From contig REEM01000100.1 of NCBI GenBank assembly GCA_007695055.1, positions 12,270 to 76,269 on the forward strand: DNA of 64,000 bases. Direction: 5' to 3'. Position 1 is the first letter of the stretch. The number at the start of each line of letters is the position of its first letter. This DNA comes from Spirochaetaceae bacterium (lineage in GTDB: Bacteria; Spirochaetota; Spirochaetia; DSM-27196; SLAA01). The position numbers were made by a program, and so were the translations under genes. This document shows, in pieces, positions 52,583 through 61,912 of this stretch. The notes beneath the pieces were generated by a model. The model worked only from the letters and a program-made list of their open reading frames with translations, ran no database searches and was not told the origin of the DNA.

Positions 52583-53833
52583 ATGCAGAATCAAGTCACG
52601 CGCGAACAGATGATCCAGAACATCCGACGAGCAGAACCGGTCTTTTTCCGCAATACTCCTCGACCACATCTAGTGCTTGGAGAAACGGCTGCAGAAGCAG
52701 GAGTGACTCCTGCCGGACCGGCAGATGCCGCAGACCGCATGAAACGGGCCGAAGGGCTGCTATCACGTCTCTTTCCAGACAGTTCTTTTGCAGGAAGCCC
52801 CGGATGCATAGAGTCGCCACTGCGTGCACTCAAAGGCAGTGCGTCGTTGCTGGTAAAGTGTGACGGAGAGTTGCCTATTGCTGGCTCCATCAAGGCCCGC
52901 GGCGGTATTCATGAGGTGCTGTGCCATGCAGAAGAGATTGCACAGACGGCGGGAATAGCAAAACCCGGCGCCGACCTGCTGCAGCTTTCCGAAGACAAGG
53001 CCCGCAGATTGTTTGCCGAGCATGAGGTATGTGTTGGCTCCACCGGAAATCTTGGACTCTCAATTGGAATAACGGCTCGCGCGCTGGGATTCCGTGCGGT
53101 TATTCACATGTCCCGCGACGCCAAACAGTGGAAAAAAGATCTCCTGCGATCCCACGGAGCTCAGGTGGTGGAACACGCGGGGGACTTCTCTACCGCAGTT
53201 CGTGTAGGCCGTGCAGCCTCTGCGGCCTCGACTCGGAGTTACTTCGTTGATGACGAGAACTCCACACGCCTCCTTTACGGCTACGCCGCAGCGGCGGCCC
53301 CTCTCCGAAGACAACTCGCGGAACATGGTGTATACCCCTCGGGTGATCATCCTCTCTGTGTCTACCTTCCTTGTGGAGTCGGTGGCGGCCCGGCGGGAAT
53401 CGCATACGGCTTAGCGCTCGAGTTCGGGGCAGATGCCGTAGAGAGTTACACGGTTGAACCGACACAGGCTCCAGCCCTGTTACTCGCGGTACTAGAAGAG
53501 CGCTATGAGGGACTGCATGTAAGCGACTACGGACTAACGCTCAGAACTGATGCCGACGGGCTCGCGGTGGGAAGCGCCTCGGTACTTGCGGGGCCCATTA
53601 TTGGTGCGCTGTGCTCCGGACTCTATACCGAGAGTGATGAAACTATGAAGGCCTACCTTCAACAGGTGTATGCCTCGGACGGCCTGCGACTTGAGCTTTC
53701 GGCGGCTGCTGGCCTTGGTGGCCCGGCACGACGAGCCCACATCAACGGGCTACGCACTCCGGCGGCGCAGATTGCATGGCTCACCGGCGGAGGCTTACTC
53801 CCCGAGGATGAGTTCCAGCATCTACTCGCATAG
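52583..53833 (+). CDS. dsdA: D-serine ammonia-lyase
   Basis: GSIKARGGIHEVL (PLP-Lys), VGSTGNLGLSIG, and the expected length and colinearity for DsdA. Confidence 0.85.
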   Translation: MQNQVTREQMIQNIRRAEPVFFRNTPRPHLVLGETAAEAGVTPAGPADAADRMKRAEGLLSRLFPDSSFAGSPGCIESPLRALKGSASLLVKCDGELPIAGSIKARGGIHEVLCHAEEIAQTAGIAKPGADLLQLSEDKARRLFAEHEVCVGSTGNLGLSIGITARALGFRAVIHMSRDAKQWKKDLLRSHGAQVVEHAGDFSTAVRVGRAASAASTRSYFVDDENSTRLLYGYAAAAAPLRRQLAEHGVYPSGDHPLCVYLPCGVGGGPAGIAYGLALEFGADAVESYTVEPTQAPALLLAVLEERYEGLHVSDYGLTLRTDADGLAVGSASVLAGPIIGALCSGLYTESDETMKAYLQQVYASDGLRLELSAAAGLGGPARRAHINGLRTPAAQIAWLTGGGLLPEDEFQHLLA

Positions 53834-53864
53834 ACGAGGCGCAAGTCACTCGCATAGGCGCAAT

Positions 53865-54470
53865 TCAGATGTTTGACTGATCCCACTTCGTTGGGCCGGA
53901 GCTCATTGTAGAGACCGCGTTTTCAAGTGCCGCGATAGCGGACGCCGGATCGGGGGCATCCATAGCGAGCGCCCTATGAGCAGGGCCGACGAGCCCGCCA
54001 ACCACCATACTGTCCAGATAGCTGAGCAGCGCATCATAGTAGCCGTCAAGATTACACAACACACAGGGCTTGTTGTGCAGGCCTAGCTGAGCCCATGTGA
54101 GTATCTCGAATGTCTCGTCCATTGTGCCGTAACCACCCGGAAGCGCCAGAAAGGCGTCAGAGAGGTCAGCCATAAGTGCCTTACGCTCATGCATAGAACC
54201 CACAATACGCAGGTCATGCAGCCCGGTGTGGGCGACTTCATGCTGGATCATGCTTTCCGGAATGACTCCAATGACCTGCCCGCCGGTGGCAAGCACAGCG
54301 TCGGCAACCGCACCCATAAGGCCGACCTGGGCGCCTCCGTACACAAGCGTAATACCCCGCTCACCTAACAAGGTGCCCAGTTTCTGTGCACCCCGCAGAA
54401 AACTTGGATTGGAGCCGAAGCTTGAGGCGCAGTACACGCCTATACGTTCAATTGAATTCAACTGTTCCAC
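53865..54470 (-). CDS. LOG-family (TIGR00730) nucleotide phosphoribohydrolase
   Basis: LVYGGAQVGLMG and LPGGYGTMDETFE (PGGxGTxxE). The start is GTG. Confidence 0.85.
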   Translation of the reverse strand: MEQLNSIERIGVYCASSFGSNPSFLRGAQKLGTLLGERGITLVYGGAQVGLMGAVADAVLATGGQVIGVIPESMIQHEVAHTGLHDLRIVGSMHERKALMADLSDAFLALPGGYGTMDETFEILTWAQLGLHNKPCVLCNLDGYYDALLSYLDSMVVGGLVGPAHRALAMDAPDPASAIAALENAVSTMSSGPTKWDQSNI

Positions 54471-54721
54471 AGCCCAAGCATAGTCCGACCACTCGTATAG
54501 AGTCCAGTGCTCCGAAATTCAGGTAAATTCCTCAAAATTGGGCATGACTCCAAGCTTGACGGTTGACCCCCGCTCCAGTACACTGAGGCATCGCGAGACA
54601 TTTGGCCACTGGTTAAGGTTTTCTTGGACAGGTAGACTGGGAATCCCGACGCCACTGTGGTAAATTAGGTTTCGTAGAAATTCACAAGAACATTTGTTCG
54701 ACAAATATGGAGGACTAAGGT

Positions 54722-55042
54722 ATGAAGCTACGAATTGCTTTCATCGCACTGGTTATTGCTCTTCTCATCCCGGCACTCGCTGTTGCGCAGCAGACACTGC
54801 GAGGCACCGGTGAAGGCTACATTGGCGACATCGTTGTTGATGTAGTAATGCAGGGAAACAACATTACTGAGGTAAAGCTGGTTGAGTTCAACGAAACCCC
54901 GGGACTCAGCAACCGCAGCCGTGACATGACCATCCAGCGAATTGTTGAAGCCAACAACGCAGATATAGATGTGGTGACCGGCGCAACCCAGACGAGTAGA
55001 GGTATCATTGAGGCAGTGAAAGACGCGCTCAGCAAGCGCTAA
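54722..55042 (+). CDS. Exported FMN-binding-domain protein
   Basis: Signal peptide MKLRIAFIALVIALLIPALAVA. The FMN_bind motif VDVVTGATQTSRG contains the flavinylation Thr/Ser context. Confidence 0.75.
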   Translation: MKLRIAFIALVIALLIPALAVAQQTLRGTGEGYIGDIVVDVVMQGNNITEVKLVEFNETPGLSNRSRDMTIQRIVEANNADIDVVTGATQTSRGIIEAVKDALSKR

Positions 55043-55069
55043 GCGTCTTTGCACACCATTTACCTATAA

Positions 55070-55098
55070 GCCCCACAGCTTCGGCTGTGGGCTTTTTT
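55070..55098 (+). terminator. Rho-independent terminator after the FMN-binding gene
   Basis: gCCCACAGC-ttcg-GCTGTGGGc (TTCG tetraloop) is followed by TTTTTT. Confidence 0.85.
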
Positions 55099-55165
55099 GT
55101 GCCCGTGTGCAAGCGGTTTCACATGTGGGGTCAGAGTTGATAGGGTTAGTGTCGGTCGTGTGGCC

Positions 55166-55597
55166 TTAGAGTCGGCGCCCAATAACCGCCGCTCCGGCCG
55201 CTACAAAAATCAAACCTGTCCCTGCCAGGACAATTCCACGGCCCCATATCCCCATGAGACTATTCGTCCTCGCAGCCTCAGGGTTATTTGAAAGATACAG
55301 CAGTTTCCGTTCCTCACCGACGCGAATGGCATTGCGCCGTTCTGCCTCTGCCGATCGGTGCCGGTGTGTATCTCCATCCGCATCTGTGTACTCAAGAACA
55401 GCGTAATAGCGGCGGCCGCTTTCCGGGTCGGTAAAGGGAATTTGGCTTTGGGTGACATCCACCTCCACCACCTCTCCAACAACCGGTTCGGCACGTGCTA
55501 TGAATGAAACGGTGTAAACCGCATCAAGGACGGCAGGCAGAAGCAGAACTGCTCCAATGACAACAAAGATGATTCCAAGTCCGCGTAGTGCACCCAT
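55166..55597 (-). CDS. DUF3592-like two-TM membrane protein
   Basis: 143 aa with an N-terminal TM, a central beta-rich segment and a C-terminal TM, the architecture typical of DUF3592. Confidence 0.45.
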   Translation of the reverse strand: MGALRGLGIIFVVIGAVLLLPAVLDAVYTVSFIARAEPVVGEVVEVDVTQSQIPFTDPESGRRYYAVLEYTDADGDTHRHRSAEAERRNAIRVGEERKLLYLSNNPEAARTNSLMGIWGRGIVLAGTGLIFVAAGAAVIGRRL

Positions 55598-55618
55598 GTT
55601 CTTAAGATACTGTATGAA

Positions 55619-57538
55619 TCATCGTGCGGCGAGTTCAGAGCGTAGTACCTGCGCAATCTCCTCAAGTTCCAGGCGCTCGGCAAACTGCAGTGGCGTACCT
55701 ATAACCCCGTCAATGCGGAATCGCAGATCTCTTCGGGCGCCGCCCCTCACCAACATGCGCACCAGTTCGGGATCGCTATGTCCGGTATATGCCCCCATCA
55801 CGACCGCAGCCGAGAGGACATCAAGCACCCGACGCTCGTAGACCAACCCAGCATTGGGGTCGGCCCCGTGCTCCAGGAGCAGTTCAACAAGCTCGTAGTC
55901 CACCGATCCAGACTCCAACCCAACAATTACAGCCGCTCCAAGCGGTGTGACGCTCATCTCCTCGGTTTCAAGATAGGAGTCAACCGAGGCTCCGGAGCGC
56001 AGCAACAGTCGAATGAGGTCGAGGTCGGCATCAGCACCCGCCAGAGAAGCAAGCACCGGTAGATGTAAGGCAAAGAAGCGGCGCCCGTCGACATGGTATG
56101 GCAAACGCACCTCAATGCCAGCTTCCAGCAGCGCGGTAATCAGCTCGGCATGCGGTTGAAACGCACCTATCCGCCCCCGAGCAAAGGCTGGTAAGCCGAG
56201 CGCTCTGGCCAAGGCATTTAACCCATCTGCGTCAATTGCGTTTACATCGCCACCGGACTCTATGTAACGCTGTATTGACTCGACTCGACCCGTGGCAGCC
56301 GCCTCCATAAACTCCTGCGTACTCAGCTCCGGCTCCATCCGAGCAAGGCTCACCTGAACAACCTGATCACGATCCTCGTCAAAGTTAATTGCTATGCGCT
56401 GTGATTTATATCCTCGACGGCGAACCTCAAACACCGGACGCTCATCATCTAGAAAGAGCGCCGAGTAGATTCGCTTCCCTATGGGCAGACCTTCAAGATA
56501 GATCTCTGCATCCGGGGGGTCGGTCTCAATGCGCACCGTAGCAGGCGCATGCGAGCCAGCGGAAGCCGCCGCGAATGTGCGCTCATCTGGTTCTCGGAGG
56601 CCACGAATTCGGCTGGACTCCGTCTCGGAAATTGGCTCAGTGCGTGGACGCAGTTCATCTAAACTACTTCCTGCAAAGTCCATGACTGCAGCAATACGCT
56701 GCAGCTCGCCTCGAGAGATAATCTCACCAGCGCCAGCCGCACGCTCAACCTGCCGTTGCACCTCCCTAAGCACCTGCGAGGCGTCGGGGATCTCCCGGTC
56801 ACCAAGAAGTAGCTCGTTACCCTCTTCAAGACGGCCTGCGCGGCGCTGCATGTCCTGCGCAGCACGGGTGAAACCCCTATCACCAACTATCAAGGCCAGG
56901 CGCTCCGGATCAACCGAACCTGGCAGAACCCGGGATACCCCGTCGGCTACCGCAATTCGGGTAGTTCCACCTGTATCGTCCGAGGTGCTCCGCACCATGA
57001 GGCTTCCTGACTCAATAGTAGTCACTGCCTGCGGGCTCAGAATGCGCAGTCGCTCATGGAGACCAAGGTCCAGGGCACGTGCCAGAACCTCACCTGTGGC
57101 GACATGCAGCGTCACCAGCACCTCACCAGACCGAAAGGCTTCGCCTACCACCTCAAGCTGCGTATTGGGTTCAATTCTCGCAGTAGCGGAGTTTCCAAAC
57201 TGCAGCACCGTACTCGAGTCGGCCCCGGTGCGGATCAGGGTACGACGACCCAGAAACATACCAGGAGTTACGGGGCGGAAATCTCCATCAACCGGAGCTC
57301 CGTCGTCCGCGGGTGGTGCAAACTCCACGCTACCTGAGGTGCTGCGGACAAAGACCCGGTGCAACCCGGTTTCGGCTCCGACAGATAGCACATCACCAAA
57401 GGAAGGCCGAGCGGTACCACCCGGCAGCCTATCCTGCAGTTGCAGCGCGAGAACAAGTCCAATGAAAGAGCCAGCAGCAAGTAGCGCCAGGCCAAAGAGT
57501 AGTTTTTTATTCACAACCATCACAAGATAGCGCGCCAC
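55619..57538 (-). CDS. Membrane-anchored FecR-like / PEGA / ankyrin-repeat protein
   Basis: N-terminal TM. FecR-like segments (e.g. ARIEPNTQLEVVGEAFRSGEVLVTLHVATGEV). PEGA domain (VRIETDPPDAEIYLEGLPIGK...RRRGYKSQRIAINF). At least 3 ankyrin repeats (GDVNAIDADGLNALARA, ELLLEHGADPNAG, LVRGGARRDLR). Confidence 0.6.
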   Translation of the reverse strand: MARYLVMVVNKKLLFGLALLAAGSFIGLVLALQLQDRLPGGTARPSFGDVLSVGAETGLHRVFVRSTSGSVEFAPPADDGAPVDGDFRPVTPGMFLGRRTLIRTGADSSTVLQFGNSATARIEPNTQLEVVGEAFRSGEVLVTLHVATGEVLARALDLGLHERLRILSPQAVTTIESGSLMVRSTSDDTGGTTRIAVADGVSRVLPGSVDPERLALIVGDRGFTRAAQDMQRRAGRLEEGNELLLGDREIPDASQVLREVQRQVERAAGAGEIISRGELQRIAAVMDFAGSSLDELRPRTEPISETESSRIRGLREPDERTFAAASAGSHAPATVRIETDPPDAEIYLEGLPIGKRIYSALFLDDERPVFEVRRRGYKSQRIAINFDEDRDQVVQVSLARMEPELSTQEFMEAAATGRVESIQRYIESGGDVNAIDADGLNALARALGLPAFARGRIGAFQPHAELITALLEAGIEVRLPYHVDGRRFFALHLPVLASLAGADADLDLIRLLLRSGASVDSYLETEEMSVTPLGAAVIVGLESGSVDYELVELLLEHGADPNAGLVYERRVLDVLSAAVVMGAYTGHSDPELVRMLVRGGARRDLRFRIDGVIGTPLQFAERLELEEIAQVLRSELAAR

Positions 57539-57605
57539 GGTCTTTTATTCAAAGCCCTTGTCGACACGCCATTCAGTCGGCACTATAGGGATACGGGAGA
57601 CATCT

Positions 57606-58658
57606 ATGCAACAACGAACCATCGTGGTTACCGACTCACAGTGTTTACTTCACCGTAACGGGCAAGGGCACCCGGAACGCCCCGAACGTCTTGAGGCTAT
57701 CTTGACCATGCTTTCCGACTACGAACACAAGGAACAGCTTGAGTACGTACCTGCACGAAACGCTCACCACGAGGAACTGCTGCGCATTCACACCGCAGAA
57801 CACATACAACGAATAAACGAAACCGCTCGTCAGAGCTTTACCCGCCTTGATCCTGACACCGCGACCAACGCCTACTCGTCGAGCGCGGCCTACAAGGCCG
57901 CTGGAGCAGCAGTCGTTGCTACCTCGCGGGCCTGCACTCAATTAGGCATGAGCACCTTTGCTCTGGGACGGCCTCCCGGCCACCATGCCGAGAGCGACCG
58001 CGCCATGGGTTTCTGCTTGTTCAACAATGTTGCGGTGGCTGCAGCAACTGCCCTTTCTCAAGGGATAAAAAGGGTGATGATACTCGACTGGGATGTGCAC
58101 CACGGGAATGGCACCATGAATACCTTTGCCGAAAGTCCAGAAGTGCTATTCTGTTCGCTTCACCAATCTCCACTGTATCCAGGCTCCGGCAAGATAGACG
58201 AGATAGGAACCGGGGCAGGCACTGGCTACAGCCTTAACCTCCCGCTTCCGGGCGGATGCGGCGACGAGATCTATCTTCAAGTGATGTTGGACGCGGTGTT
58301 GCCCTTAGGCTTGGCTTATAAGCCCGAGCTGATTCTCGTTTCAGCAGGTTTTGACGCCCATGAACGAGACCCCGTCGGTGGTATGCAGTTGACCGGAGCG
58401 GCCTTCTATCACATGACTCGTATCATGACGACCTTGGCGCTGGAAACCGGAGCCTATGGACCGGTTTTTGTCTTAGAAGGTGGCTACGACCTTACAGGTC
58501 TCAGCGAGGGTCTGCGAGCCTGCCTTCTTGGCGTATCAGATGGACCGGATCTTCCTGCACGTCCAGAAACAGACTCCGCAACTCGCACGACCCTCGGTGC
58601 CGCTGCGAAACTCCTCAGTCCCTACTGGGGAGATGAACTGTTCCACAACATAGGATAG
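57606..58658 (+). CDS. Histone-deacetylase-family (class II / AcuC-like) amidohydrolase
   Basis: RPPGHHA, DWDVHHGNGT and GGYDL. The start at ATG 57606 has GGGAG upstream. Confidence 0.85.
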   Translation: MQQRTIVVTDSQCLLHRNGQGHPERPERLEAILTMLSDYEHKEQLEYVPARNAHHEELLRIHTAEHIQRINETARQSFTRLDPDTATNAYSSSAAYKAAGAAVVATSRACTQLGMSTFALGRPPGHHAESDRAMGFCLFNNVAVAAATALSQGIKRVMILDWDVHHGNGTMNTFAESPEVLFCSLHQSPLYPGSGKIDEIGTGAGTGYSLNLPLPGGCGDEIYLQVMLDAVLPLGLAYKPELILVSAGFDAHERDPVGGMQLTGAAFYHMTRIMTTLALETGAYGPVFVLEGGYDLTGLSEGLRACLLGVSDGPDLPARPETDSATRTTLGAAAKLLSPYWGDELFHNIG

Positions 58659-58763
58659 AGAATGCTAAAGGCTTAACGCTCAAACTATTACTGTCGCCGT
58701 TGTCCGCCTTCATGGGTATTATATGATCGTTATGCACCAAATCCCACCGAACGAGGTGACGGA

Positions 58764-60623
58764 ATGAGTCAAGATAAGTCCCCGCACGACTCTGAAGAAC
58801 GACAGGCCGGAATTTCAGAGGAAGAACAACGCGAAATCCGCGAGCACATAGACAAGGTTGCCGCAGAGAACAGAATTGAGGTAACACCCCAACTGTTTCG
58901 ATTCAGTGCAGGCAAATCAGGTGCCGTTGTACCAATTGCGGTCAATATGCTCGCAGCTCTGCTCATTGTGCTTGGATTCCTTGGCTTATCCAGATACTTC
59001 GAAGGCGAGGAACAGGCGGTCATTACGCGAGCGGGGCAGTCCTCGCTCGTAGAAAGCCGCCTTATTCAGGAGCTACGCCGTGAGTCGCGCAGTCAAATGT
59101 TTGAGATGGAACGCGAGATCGAGGGCGTTCGTGCGCAGCTTGCAACCGTTGAACGAGAGCGAGCAGAGCTTATGGTCGATATCGAACGTCGGGTTGCGGC
59201 ACGTGAAGATGAGGTGCGGGAACGACTGCTCGAGGAATTAGCCCGTGAACGGTCGCGGCTCGACGAACTGGGGCTTGCTGAAACCGACATCGAACAGCGA
59301 ATGATGGCCTTCGAGGCCGAACGCACCCTCTTCTACGAGCAACAACTGCGTGCATATCGCGAAAGCTTGGAGGCTGAGCGGGTAGCACTGGAGCAGGACC
59401 TTGATCGCCTCCGGGATGAGTTCTCGGGACAGCTTGCGCGCCTCGATTCCGACAGAGCACGGCTGGCCTCCGAGTTTGCCGGACGCGAAGAAGATCTGCG
59501 TGCACGCCTTGCCGAACGAAGTGCGGCCCTTGAGGAACAACGTGCACGCGCCGAGGCCGGGTCTGAAGAAGCTCGCCAGAGACTTGAGGAAATAACACGA
59601 AGCCGTGAGCAGGTGGCACTCATTCGGTCACAAATCAATGGGCTCTATCGCAGTATCAGGAATCGCTACGAAGAAGGAGAGTACGACGCGGCACGCACTG
59701 CAATTGCAGATCTCCGAAGCTTTCTTGCCACCGAGGCGGTTGAGTCGATACCGGAGCTTGCTGAACGGCGAGAGGTTGACCTCTTTCTCCTGGAAACCAT
59801 TGATCGCACGGTTCAAAGAGCTCAGTCCGAACAAGCGCGCGTGGGCGTTGTTGACCGGCTTGCCGCGCTTGAGCAGATTCGAGGCGAGTTGGAATCGGTT
59901 CAAGCCCTCTTAGACGAGGCCCAAACCGAACGCAACATCGCACAACAGCGTGCTGGTACGGCCTTGGATATTGCCCGAACAGCGGTCGCAGAGGCACGTT
60001 ATGCAGAGGCCTTGAACGCCTACCGAGACATCTTCACCACACTACCTGATTCCGACGGGGCGCTCAGCGAGGAGCTTGTAGCACTACTCAGGCAGGGCGG
60101 GTTTGGAGCGCCTCAGTCTGGAAGCGTTGCACCGTTGCCTACTTCCACCATTTCGCCAGCACCAACGCCCGCAGAACCAAGGGTACAGACAGTCATTGTC
60201 CAGGACGATGCTGAAATTCAGCGCCTCAACAGGATCATTAATGAGCAAATTGTGGTGGTTAACCGCTATATCGCCTTAGGAGAGGCCTATCAAAGATATG
60301 CACGCTCCGAGGATCAAATTCTGAGCGAGTCCGGAGAGTTCGGGCGGCTACGAAGCAAGGCCCTGTTTGATCAGTTTCTGGGAAGTCCGGAACTCAGAGA
60401 GCTCTTTCCGGACCTGAGTGAACGCGTTCGAGGCTACGACGCTGCCTTTGAGAGTGCCGGACGCGAGGATGCAATTCAGGACATGATCGACATTGTCGCC
60501 ACACTCACCCAACTTCCGTCGACGGACCGCATTGCTTTTCTGGAGTCCGAGATACGCGCAGGTAACGAGGCTTCGCTGGTGCAGGACTTTCTCTTTGAGC
60601 TGCGGGACTTAATTGGAAGCTGA
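58764..60623 (+). CDS. Single-TM protein with very long Glu/Arg-rich coiled coil
   Basis: TM segment VVPIAVNMLAALLIVLGFLGL, followed by about 300 aa of heptad-like E/R/L/A sequence. No enzymatic motif was recognised. Confidence 0.5.
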   Translation: MSQDKSPHDSEERQAGISEEEQREIREHIDKVAAENRIEVTPQLFRFSAGKSGAVVPIAVNMLAALLIVLGFLGLSRYFEGEEQAVITRAGQSSLVESRLIQELRRESRSQMFEMEREIEGVRAQLATVERERAELMVDIERRVAAREDEVRERLLEELARERSRLDELGLAETDIEQRMMAFEAERTLFYEQQLRAYRESLEAERVALEQDLDRLRDEFSGQLARLDSDRARLASEFAGREEDLRARLAERSAALEEQRARAEAGSEEARQRLEEITRSREQVALIRSQINGLYRSIRNRYEEGEYDAARTAIADLRSFLATEAVESIPELAERREVDLFLLETIDRTVQRAQSEQARVGVVDRLAALEQIRGELESVQALLDEAQTERNIAQQRAGTALDIARTAVAEARYAEALNAYRDIFTTLPDSDGALSEELVALLRQGGFGAPQSGSVAPLPTSTISPAPTPAEPRVQTVIVQDDAEIQRLNRIINEQIVVVNRYIALGEAYQRYARSEDQILSESGEFGRLRSKALFDQFLGSPELRELFPDLSERVRGYDAAFESAGREDAIQDMIDIVATLTQLPSTDRIAFLESEIRAGNEASLVQDFLFELRDLIGS

Positions 60624-60636
60624 TAGCAGCGGGGCC

Positions 60637-61908
60637 CTAAAACTGCTGGCGTAGTCCCAGCTGGAACTCCAGCACACGCACGAGATGCGAACCCGAGAAT
60701 ATGTAGCCAGCTGGTGCGCCCTGCCCGTCTACGTAGGCATTGGGGAGCGTTGTGCGCAAAAACGCATCGCGTGACTCAATTTCAAACACCCGCGGGGCGT
60801 ACTCCACAAAAAACCGGGTTCTGAGTGTTGGTGAGTACTCAAGGCCCAGTGTTGCTATGAACCCATATGGGGCCGAACTCTCGGCAGCTGGTGATCCGCT
60901 GTCATGAGTCAGTCGCAGAACTCCGCCAGCAGAGAGGTAGGGCCGGAGTAAGGCATCTGGAGGCCGCAGGTACAGACCAAGCTGAGAGCTAAGCTCCGTC
61001 AGCGATGCCCCATCAACGACGTCCGGCACCGGTTGCTCCCCGTAATCCTCCAATAGAAAGATACCCACGGTATAACTCACCGCTGCAGTGCGCACATACA
61101 CCGACGAGGGCATAAGATAGAGTGACACCGCGGCGCCGGCGTAGCGGAAGTTGGCAGCAAAGAGTTCCAGCGCAAAACGAGCTGCGCGCTCGGACGGAAT
61201 CTCAATGAAGAGCGGATCATGCTGCAGGTAGAAGGTTCCGGTTTCCGGGTACCTGCCCCGCAAGGTAGCCCTATAGCGGTAGGTCATGGGTGAGGGCAAC
61301 AAGAGCTTCAGCTCGCCATCTTCACCAAGGACAAAGGGTTCGTCCCAGACATTCCGCAGCGTGGTACCTGGAGCACCACGAAACCGCACCTCTACCGCAT
61401 CTTGATATCTGCTGTAGTGTTCTTGCAGGACTAGAGCAGCGTCACCCCAGATTCCCCGCTCAATATCTCTGAACCCGGTTGAGAAGGGTCGTTCCAGCTC
61501 AAATGTGCCAAACTCCTGCGTACGCAACAGATCATAGCTGGTTCCGCGAGCCACAAGCTGCTCCATACTCCCGTACACAGCAACCTCAAACCAGGCATCG
61601 GCCTCTTGAGCACGGGCAAACTCCACCTTCTGCTCAAAGCGGACAGGTGGGGAGGTTGAGCCCTCTTCCAGAATAACGACGTCAGGGTTTGCACCTGCAA
61701 GCTCTAAGACTAATGCGTCGTAGAGCACCTGACGCTCACGCTCGGTGTAGTTCGAGTCGCCGTCAAAGCTCATGAACACCACCATTCGTCGCTCGCGCAA
61801 AATCTCGGGGTGTTCCCAGGCGGCCTGCAGTGGCAGGTGCCCAGACAGGAACAAAAGCCCAACAAACAGGAGACAGCCCAACCGGGAGCGAGAATTCCGT
61901 ATGCTCAT
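60637..61908 (-). CDS. Putative outer-membrane protein: N-terminal alpha/beta domain, PEGA-like domain, C-terminal beta-barrel
   Basis: The start at ATG 61908 (MSIRNSRSRLGCLLFVGLLFLSGHLPLQAAW) gives a signal peptide. The PEGA-like segment is VEVRFRGAPGTTL...YRYRATLRGRYPETG. Alternating-hydrophobic strands follow, and the terminal residue is Phe (LGLRQQF). Confidence 0.5.
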   Translation of the reverse strand: MSIRNSRSRLGCLLFVGLLFLSGHLPLQAAWEHPEILRERRMVVFMSFDGDSNYTERERQVLYDALVLELAGANPDVVILEEGSTSPPVRFEQKVEFARAQEADAWFEVAVYGSMEQLVARGTSYDLLRTQEFGTFELERPFSTGFRDIERGIWGDAALVLQEHYSRYQDAVEVRFRGAPGTTLRNVWDEPFVLGEDGELKLLLPSPMTYRYRATLRGRYPETGTFYLQHDPLFIEIPSERAARFALELFAANFRYAGAAVSLYLMPSSVYVRTAAVSYTVGIFLLEDYGEQPVPDVVDGASLTELSSQLGLYLRPPDALLRPYLSAGGVLRLTHDSGSPAAESSAPYGFIATLGLEYSPTLRTRFFVEYAPRVFEIESRDAFLRTTLPNAYVDGQGAPAGYIFSGSHLVRVLEFQLGLRQQF

Positions 61909-61912
61909 GTGC

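Noticed and set aside
54600-54660. GGGAATCC...GCCACTGTGG, reminiscent of the cobalamin-riboswitch core
   Set aside because: No B12 box (AGTCAGG..ACCTGCC-like) or the other conserved helices could be found. The downstream gene is not B12-related. The resemblance is limited to a short motif.
56529-57530. 333-aa plus-strand ORF antisense to the FecR/PEGA/ankyrin gene. Similar Arg/Ser/Pro-rich antisense ORFs occur at 3455-4093, 2711-2977, 6360-7028, 30476-31351 and elsewhere.
   Set aside because: These are typical GC-rich shadow ORFs with extreme R/S/P/A composition. They have no RBS and no recognisable motif, and each fully overlaps a well-supported gene on the other strand.
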